The translations under genes were made by a program, and so were the position numbers. From positions 150,554 through 214,553 of IMG/VR virus record IMGVR_UViG_3300025012_000028: 64,000 nucleotides of DNA; one strand, given 5' to 3'. Shown piece after piece: positions 57,998 through 64,000 of the stretch. The notes under the pieces were generated by a model. The model had not been told where the DNA came from and searched no databases. It saw only the letters and a list, made by a program, of their open reading frames with translations. Each line of letters begins with the position of its first letter. Position 1 is the stretch's first letter.

Positions 57998-58759
57998 TCA
58001 TTCCAATTCCTTCCTAAGTTTCTTCAGGATGTTCCGCTCTATTTCCATCACCCTTTGTTGAGAAATATTGAAATGATCTGCCAGTTCTCGCATGGTCATT
58101 TTATTCTCAGCAATAATTCGATTATAAACGATATACTGTTCTCTGTCATTTAAAATCGACAATGCTTTATTAATTTTTTCTTTTAAATTATTTTCTTCCT
58201 GATAAGCAATCAACATATCTTCTTGGTTGTCGCGTTCATCGGGAATGATATCTTTAAACGAATCCCCATCACCATCTATAATATCCTCTAATGAATGTTC
58301 ACCCTTCAGTCTTTCGGCCATTTCCTGAACCTTATCTTCTGCGACATCAGTATGTGAATCAGTATTGAAGAACAATTTCTTCTGAAGTTGGGTCGTTCCA
58401 ATCTTAACCAGACTCCATGAATGCATTATATAATCTTGGATGTGCGCTCTGATCCAAAATACCGCATATGAAATGAGACGAACACCTTTATGTGGATTGA
58501 ATTTCCTGACAGCTTTCATCAAACCAATATTGCCCTCTTGGATTAAATCGAGTATATTAAGGCCATATTCTTTATACTCAAGGGCAACCTTAAGGACGAA
58601 CCTCAAATTGGATTCTATGAGTATCCTTGCGGCTTCTAGGTTGTTATTTTCATATAAATCTATCGCAAGTCGTTTTTCCTCTTCATGTGTCAGAAGAGGG
58701 AACTTTCTAATTTCTTGTGTGTAAAGTTCAAAATTATCTATGGTGGTTATGTTGTTCAA
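57998..58759 (-). CDS. rpoH: sigma70-family sigma factor, RpoH (sigma32)-like
   Basis: PLLT.EEE, DLIQEGNIGLMKAV.KF.P..G.RL.SYA.FWI, RpoH box TTQ.QKKLFFN, region 4 HTH. Confidence 0.85.
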   Translation of the reverse strand: MNNITTIDNFELYTQEIRKFPLLTHEEEKRLAIDLYENNNLEAARILIESNLRFVLKVALEYKEYGLNILDLIQEGNIGLMKAVRKFNPHKGVRLISYAVFWIRAHIQDYIMHSWSLVKIGTTQLQKKLFFNTDSHTDVAEDKVQEMAERLKGEHSLEDIIDGDGDSFKDIIPDERDNQEDMLIAYQEENNLKEKINKALSILNDREQYIVYNRIIAENKMTMRELADHFNISQQRVMEIERNILKKLRKELE

Positions 58760-58782
58760 AAGTTACCTCCTTTAAATAAGGT

Positions 58783-58811
58783 TGTGCCAGAACATTCAAT
58801 GTTCTGGCACA
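58783..58811. promoter_or_regulatory. 29-bp palindrome upstream of sigma gene
   Basis: tgtgccagaacatt-c-aatgttctggcaca. Confidence 0.6.
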
Positions 58812-58827
58812 TGGGGTTTACAATCTC

Positions 58828-59445
58828 TTACATTTTCCTGCGTACCAGATGAACCATAAATTCATCGAATACACTACCAGCACTATGTTCTAGAACTCTC
58901 CATTCGTATTTTGAAACATCATAGATTTCATCACCCTCAACACATACTTCACCATCGTTGAGAAGACGGTAAACTGGTGTTTCAATTTTTCTACGAATTT
59001 GACAAGACCAATATTCTGGATAAGTTATATCCCAATAACATTCATCTAACGTTACCCATTCATCACGAATACTAAAATATTCATCTCCCTCTTTCAACAT
59101 TTCACCGATAGAAAGAAACCTGTACCCTTTTTCACATAAAAATTTAACAGGTTCTTCATCGCAGATAGTTTTGGGTTCGAAATATTTTTCCAGGATCTCC
59201 ATTAGAACTTCATCGATTGTAATGTTCATTTCATCTGCTTTTTCATAAAGGGCATCCATCAGTTTGTATGGAACTTCGCATGGGATTTCCACGCTCTCTT
59301 CGATCTTCAGACAGTCTTTGAAATAATACTTTTTGATGACACCGTAAGTGTCACCCACTTCGATGGTTAAGTTTAGTCCAACTTCCATAAAGTTGTTTAC
59401 CATTTTACCAACTTCAATCCACTCCCTCTTTTCACGAAAATCCAT
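58828..59445 (-). CDS. Hypothetical protein with two C-terminal repeats
   Basis: YR.L..GE...EGDE...W...RRK twice. Confidence 0.55.
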   Translation of the reverse strand: MDFREKREWIEVGKMVNNFMEVGLNLTIEVGDTYGVIKKYYFKDCLKIEESVEIPCEVPYKLMDALYEKADEMNITIDEVLMEILEKYFEPKTICDEEPVKFLCEKGYRFLSIGEMLKEGDEYFSIRDEWVTLDECYWDITYPEYWSCQIRRKIETPVYRLLNDGEVCVEGDEIYDVSKYEWRVLEHSAGSVFDEFMVHLVRRKM

Positions 59446-59456
59446 TTCATTTCTCC

Positions 59457-60422
59457 TTAATTTAATTTTTCGATAACTCCACGGCCACCACAACATTCAC
59501 ATTCTACCAGTTCTTTATTGATCATGTCAATTAATTCTTCCAGATAAACCTTAATATTATTTCGAAGATCTTCATAATTCTTACCTTCAAATTCCTTGGT
59601 TCTAGTATATCCTTTGTAAACTCCTTCCCTGCCCCCTCTATCGGGTGCAGTTTCAAAAACTTGAACATCCCTGTTGTGACGATACCGCACTTCGAATTTA
59701 GGTTTCTTGGGGCGCTTGCTGAAGAAATCCAAATTAACATCCACTTCATATACTTCTGGAACTGCCAATGGAATCATCTTCTGAACAACTAAACAAAACT
59801 CATAATCACTGGAAAGCCTTGCGACCTTTCTATCAATATTCTCCTGAAGATATTGACGAATGATCTTAAAACTTTCCGCCGAAGAAAGCTTACAGGGTTT
59901 GGTTGTCAGAAGAACCGGATGAGTGTTGAGTTGATCCAACAGATTATATTGCAGTTCAAATTTCTGATCTACAATCTTGAACTGATCCAGTTCTTCAATG
60001 ATGTTAAGTTCAAATGGAACATCTTCTAACGTCTCTTCGGTTGTGTCATACTGACATTCATAGAGGGATTGAAACGGACTTATATTGGGTGGAAAGAAGA
60101 ATGTAGTATATTCATCCTCACCATACTTTTTATATTCAATTATTGCAGGCAATACATTGGTTGGTGTAATTTCTTGATTCAATACCCATCTTCTATTAAT
60201 CATCTGAGGAGGAATTACTTTCTCAATCTTAGTTGGAAGCTTTGCAATTTCAAACCACTGAGATTTAAAGGTGGATAATGGTTGTTTTCCATCAAACAAA
60301 AGATCAGAAATGTTTGGGTAATTGACCCAAGATTTATTGCTAAGGTCAGCGGAAATATATACACAGGTCTTGGTTTTGATTGCAATCAATTGTAAGACTG
60401 AATTGGGTGTGAATTCTTTCAT
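59457..60422 (-). CDS. Hypothetical phage protein
   Basis: 321-aa ORF, C-terminal C.CC.G.G. Confidence 0.65.
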   Translation of the reverse strand: MKEFTPNSVLQLIAIKTKTCVYISADLSNKSWVNYPNISDLLFDGKQPLSTFKSQWFEIAKLPTKIEKVIPPQMINRRWVLNQEITPTNVLPAIIEYKKYGEDEYTTFFFPPNISPFQSLYECQYDTTEETLEDVPFELNIIEELDQFKIVDQKFELQYNLLDQLNTHPVLLTTKPCKLSSAESFKIIRQYLQENIDRKVARLSSDYEFCLVVQKMIPLAVPEVYEVDVNLDFFSKRPKKPKFEVRYRHNRDVQVFETAPDRGGREGVYKGYTRTKEFEGKNYEDLRNNIKVYLEELIDMINKELVECECCGGRGVIEKLN

Positions 60423-60436
60423 CTTCTCTCCTTCAA

Positions 60437-60479
60437 AAACGTGGAACCGAAACCCTTCTAAGATTTCAGTTCCACGTTT
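60437..60479 (-). terminator. Intrinsic terminator
   Basis: aaacgtggaac.../...gttccacgttt IR. Confidence 0.65.
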
Positions 60480-60486
60480 CGGGCAA

Positions 60487-61059
60487 TTAACGCTTCGGTT
60501 TCAGTTCCATAGCATCATCGACACCAGTCGTGAACGTTTCTTGCGTCTTGCTAGACATTACCATTTTCAGAGTGTCGAGATTGAATCTAGGGAACCCAAG
60601 CGAACTAAGAACCCAACCTTTAGGAAAATTATCGGGGTCGGTGTTGGTCTTGTAACCCGCAGTCATATCGAGAAGAACTTTCTGGTTCTGTTCGAAATCT
60701 TTACGTCCTGCCTCAACCCTGTTTACCACTTTGGTGAATGCAGTCTGATCATATGCCACGTTGTTTTCTTTAAGCCACTGGAACATTGCCTGTGATCCAT
60801 TCTTACCATACCTGCCCTGCATCGTTGCCCCAACAACTTCTTTGACAGAATCTTTCTGGATATCTGCCACCTGAAGCATTTCGACAATGCTATTGGTGAA
60901 GTTGCTATAGTTGTTCTGGTTCTGTTTGTACTGAGCCTGAAGTGCATTCTCAGTTTTTACTGCGTACTGTTTATATGAAACTACAGTACATCCACCAAAA
61001 CCCGCAACCACTACCAGACTTGCCATAATCACCGATACAATTACTTGCCATCTTTTCAT
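60487..61059 (-). CDS. LemA-like membrane-anchored protein
   Basis: N-terminal TM, helical body, FP..W. Confidence 0.55.
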   Translation of the reverse strand: MKRWQVIVSVIMASLVVVAGFGGCTVVSYKQYAVKTENALQAQYKQNQNNYSNFTNSIVEMLQVADIQKDSVKEVVGATMQGRYGKNGSQAMFQWLKENNVAYDQTAFTKVVNRVEAGRKDFEQNQKVLLDMTAGYKTNTDPDNFPKGWVLSSLGFPRFNLDTLKMVMSSKTQETFTTGVDDAMELKPKR

Positions 61060-62190
61060 TTACCATCTCCTTTTAGAATTGAATTTATTGTACCTAACAC
61101 GCCGCTTTAGAAAATCCCAATCATTGATAATTGCCGTACTACCAACACACATCAACAAACTTATGATCGAAGCAAATACTATCACCCAGATTGGCATATT
61201 GATCTGAGCCTTGAGGTATTCAAAATCTTTCATCGACTTGCGTTTAAAATTTTGCATCACATTCGAACTAACCAGTTCTATAAATTTATCGCTGGTGGTA
61301 ATCGTTTTCATGTCCATCAGTTCTTGTTCTAGCTGGACTTGAAATAGATTGTTATTGCAAAGAGCGAATACCTTTACCCAAGAAATTTCAGGATAATTCG
61401 GCGTACCAACAACAACCACTATATCATTTTTCTTGGCACCATTCCATTTCTTTCTTGCTGCATACGCATATTCTTTATCGGTATTTTTAGTAAAGAGAAG
61501 AATAATATTCGCTTCCCTTTGTGTACCCAACAACCTAAGAGCATTGGACAGATCCAGATTCCATTTGTTAATGTCCGTTAAAGGAACTCCGTTAGATATC
61601 ACCCTAACAATATAATGATAATCGTAAATGTTGCCGGGATAATCAGGAATACTGCTCATAAACTTTTCATAATCACCCTTAGAAACATTGAACAGTGATT
61701 CAGGAACCGCCTTGATGTAATTGGTATAAACATGTTGTGTCGCCATTGGATCATCTATTTTGGCCTTAGTCCATCGGGGAGGTTCAACAATCCCCTGCCT
61801 ATCCACACGATCAATGGTGATGGCATTATCAATCGAATCTTCCAATACCCAAATAAAATCTTCGGAGTGTTCATAACAAGTATCACAGACTGTAGTTGTG
61901 GTTTGATCCTTACCGGAACCAGATGTTACAGTTCTACAGTTGCAAGTATAAGAATGTTCACATGGTACGGACTTTTTATATTTTTTGACGATTCTACTAT
62001 TCCAAATCTCAAAATCCGATGTCTGAGAACGAAATGCCCAATACTGCAAACTACAACCAATGATGATGGTAATGACTGCTATAACACCGGCAATTCTATA
62101 ATCAATTTCTTGTTTAAACCACAAATGAGAGACGGAATACCAGACGATAGGAATGAGCAACAGCAGAAGAACCCAAGGATTAAAATGCAT
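61060..62190 (-). CDS. Membrane protein, 3 TM with large extracytoplasmic domain
   Basis: C.HSY.CNC...CDTCY.H; W.G.KKND.VVV; C-terminal TM. Confidence 0.65.
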   Translation of the reverse strand: MHFNPWVLLLLLIPIVWYSVSHLWFKQEIDYRIAGVIAVITIIIGCSLQYWAFRSQTSDFEIWNSRIVKKYKKSVPCEHSYTCNCRTVTSGSGKDQTTTTVCDTCYEHSEDFIWVLEDSIDNAITIDRVDRQGIVEPPRWTKAKIDDPMATQHVYTNYIKAVPESLFNVSKGDYEKFMSSIPDYPGNIYDYHYIVRVISNGVPLTDINKWNLDLSNALRLLGTQREANIILLFTKNTDKEYAYAARKKWNGAKKNDIVVVVGTPNYPEISWVKVFALCNNNLFQVQLEQELMDMKTITTSDKFIELVSSNVMQNFKRKSMKDFEYLKAQINMPIWVIVFASIISLLMCVGSTAIINDWDFLKRRVRYNKFNSKRRW

Positions 62191-62203
62191 TTATTTCCTC
62201 CAA

Positions 62204-62452
62204 TTAAAGTTTAATTCCGTTTTCGCGCCAAATAAAATCGCCAAATTTAGATTCAAATCTACATTTAAGACCCATCGAAGCACCCACGATACCAAACATA
62301 TTACAGGGGTTCTTTATATCTGAATAGGTATGTATTTCTCTATTTGCCAAAGATAAATAACGCTCCACAATCTTCTTATCTTCTATCGAAGAAGTATCGA
62401 TCAGACGTTTCATTTTCTGAAATGGAGTCATTGCGTCTTCGTAATTTATCAT
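62204..62452 (-). CDS. Hypothetical protein
   Basis: ORF track. Confidence 0.45.
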   Translation of the reverse strand: MINYEDAMTPFQKMKRLIDTSSIEDKKIVERYLSLANREIHTYSDIKNPCNMFGIVGASMGLKCRFESKFGDFIWRENGIKL

Positions 62453-62626
62453 TTCTGCACACAGAATGCTTTGATCTGTCTTGAGTGATTCATCAATATG
62501 TGTGCCGCGCTTTTACAACGGTCTATATCAAAGAACTCCTGTGTGGTTACTGGATAAAAATTTCCCGATGATGTGCCGGTGATGATCAAAATATAAATTA
62601 TGGCTGAAGACATTATTGTTCTCCTT

Positions 62627-62965
62627 TTAAGTTAAATAAACATTAATTTCATAACGACCAGTAGATTGTTTGTACCAATAAAGGGAAACCAAAACCTTGG
62701 GAACGTTTCCTTCTTCGTTGGCGATTTGAAGATAACAGGAACCTTCCACGCCACAGAAAACCCCCTCCCACGGTGTGCCATCTTCCTGAATCAAATGGTA
62801 GCCAATTTCATTGACGATTGCCTCAATATCGGCAATGGGAATGTGAGGATGATATACTTTGGAAAGAAGGTAGAAACCAGCACCAACTTTCTTTCTCTGA
62901 GCCTGTGTAATTTTAGGAACGATGGGAGTCGAATAGAGTCCTGTAATTTCTTTGATATAATTCAT
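62627..62965 (-). CDS. Hypothetical protein
   Basis: ORF track, AGGAG RBS. Confidence 0.6.
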   Translation of the reverse strand: MNYIKEITGLYSTPIVPKITQAQRKKVGAGFYLLSKVYHPHIPIADIEAIVNEIGYHLIQEDGTPWEGVFCGVEGSCYLQIANEEGNVPKVLVSLYWYKQSTGRYEINVYLT

Positions 62966-63234
62966 ATCTTAACTCCTTTCCGTTTATTTGAAATCCTTCT
63001 CTGTCTATCTTTACCTTTGTGGATTTCAGAACCCCTCATTCCTTCCAGAAATGAATAACGTTTTTCTTCCCATCCTTTTGAGTGGGGAAAACTTTCATCC
63101 CACAAATCCATAGCGCGATGTCCGTCAAATGATTCTAGGAGTTGGATAATTTCGGCTTGGAGTTTCTTGTGTGCATTCTTCAACTCTTTATACCGTTTCT
63201 TTAAATCTTCGTGTTGAAGTTCTAATGAAATCAT
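62962..63234 (-). CDS. Hypothetical protein
   Basis: ORF track, AGGAGG RBS. Confidence 0.55.
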   Translation of the reverse strand: MISLELQHEDLKKRYKELKNAHKKLQAEIIQLLESFDGHRAMDLWDESFPHSKGWEEKRYSFLEGMRGSEIHKGKDRQRRISNKRKGVKI

Positions 63235-63258
63235 AACTATCCTCCTTTAAATAAAAAA

Positions 63259-63306
63259 TTCCCCAAACCGTAGATAGAATATATCAGGGTTTGGGGAAAT
63301 TGTCAA
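63259..63306 (-). promoter_or_regulatory. Terminator hairpin with embedded promoter TTGACA-17-TATATT
   Basis: ttccccaaacc/ggtttggggaa IR, -10 in loop, T tract. Confidence 0.8.
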
Positions 63307-63323
63307 GATAATTTACAATTTAA

Positions 63324-63710
63324 TTATTTTTCGAATTTAGCCTTCAATTCTTCAAAAATTCTTAACTCATTTGCCTGTGCTTCTTCTATCTTCTTGCGCT
63401 CCCTTTCCAATCCATCTTCCAAAGCTTTGCGCTTTTCTTCTAAAATCTCAGAAGTAATTTTGGAACGGCATTCATCGGAATATATGAACTCGGTGGGCAT
63501 AGAACCATGATGTCGTTCATGACCACCATAACGCCAATATTCATCACCTTCAAAACATATTTCCGATACTCCTATATGAGTAATTTCACTAAAAAACTGA
63601 AACGAATATTCTTCTTTCACTTCAAAATATTCTTTAGCATAATCCCAAATGGCAGATTCAAGATCGGATTTAAGAGACAAATAGGTTTTTAGCTTTTTCT
63701 CATTATTCAT
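63324..63710 (-). CDS. Hypothetical protein
   Basis: Start MNNEKK after AGGAGG. Confidence 0.55.
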   Translation of the reverse strand: MNNEKKLKTYLSLKSDLESAIWDYAKEYFEVKEEYSFQFFSEITHIGVSEICFEGDEYWRYGGHERHHGSMPTEFIYSDECRSKITSEILEEKRKALEDGLERERKKIEEAQANELRIFEELKAKFEK

Positions 63711-63720
63711 TTGAGCCTCC

Positions 63721-64000
63721 TTAAGCTGCTTCAAATTCTTCGGTGTACTCGCCCTCTGCCTCTTCAGCATCTACAAACCCCATATCTTTTACAAGCCCCT
63801 CTAGGCACTTAAAGAGGAACCCCTTGTTTTTCTTGATCTTCACCTTCCCATCCAGACCTTCAATGCGAACACATACACCTTCCTTCGGATGTGAAGGATC
63901 GATAGGGTCGTGGTTTTCATCTTCAGTTAGACTTTCGATGCGCTCTTTCAGGAACGCGACCTGAGATACATCAGTAATAAGGTGACGTTCAAACTCCACA
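63721..64000 (-). CDS. RNA ligase (Rnl2-like) C-terminal part, truncated by window edge
   Basis: EGVCVR and K.K...F nucleotidyltransferase motifs, D.EE tail. Confidence 0.6.
   Translation of the reverse strand, partial: VEFERHLITDVSQVAFLKERIESLTEDENHDPIDPSHPKEGVCVRIEGLDGKVKIKKNKGFLFKCLEGLVKDMGFVDAEEAEGEYTEEFEAA

Noticed and set aside
58809-58840. Complete sigma32 promoter upstream of the sigma gene
   Set aside because: CCCCATGT is present but there is no TTGAAA at 13-15 nt spacing; kept only as a hint
2260-63964. Most + strand ORFs in the track
   Set aside because: Antisense shadows of well-supported minus-strand genes, lacking RBS or motifs; only 940, 7142 and 56862 accepted
1-64000. tRNA, rRNA, CRISPR array, diversity-generating retroelement, integrase
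   Set aside because: No cloverleaf, spaced repeats, reverse transcriptase or recombinase motifs found by eye; intergenic spaces are short
1-64000. Stop-codon reassignment
   Set aside because: Core genes are full length in code 11, and TAA, TAG and TGA all end genes; the gp47 break is TAA plus an insert

Overview
This is a 64-kb segment of an AT-rich, T4-related (Tevenvirinae-like core) lytic myovirus genome. It uses the standard code and nearly all genes are on the minus strand. Replication/recombination core: clamp loader gp44/gp62, clamp gp45, ssDNA-binding gp32, gp33, RNase H, gp41 helicase, UvsX, gp46, a split gp47, an NAD-dependent ligase, a RuvC-like resolvase and an RNA ligase fragment. 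Late baseplate/tail block (about 14.3-36.7 kb): gp25, a giant gp6, gp8-like, a tail fibre with its chaperone and three beta-helix tailspikes. Also present: four free-standing endonucleases, an RpoH-type sigma factor, a QueC-like gene and many small ORFs. No tRNA, rRNA or CRISPR array was seen. Best candidates for new biology: (1) a cluster of vWA, J-domain pseudokinase, divergent adenylosuccinate-synthetase-like, NDT-like and Pth2-like genes; (2) stand-alone fragments or paralogs of head proteins (gp23 Gol region, gp23 C-terminal motif, degenerate gp21) in early regions, possibly immune decoys; (3) seven proteins with T4-type capsid-targeting leaders; (4) a recurring architecture in which sigma70 promoters sit inside terminator hairpins and late promoters sit inside RBS-occluding hairpins. 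All family calls come from motif recognition by eye; no searches were run.
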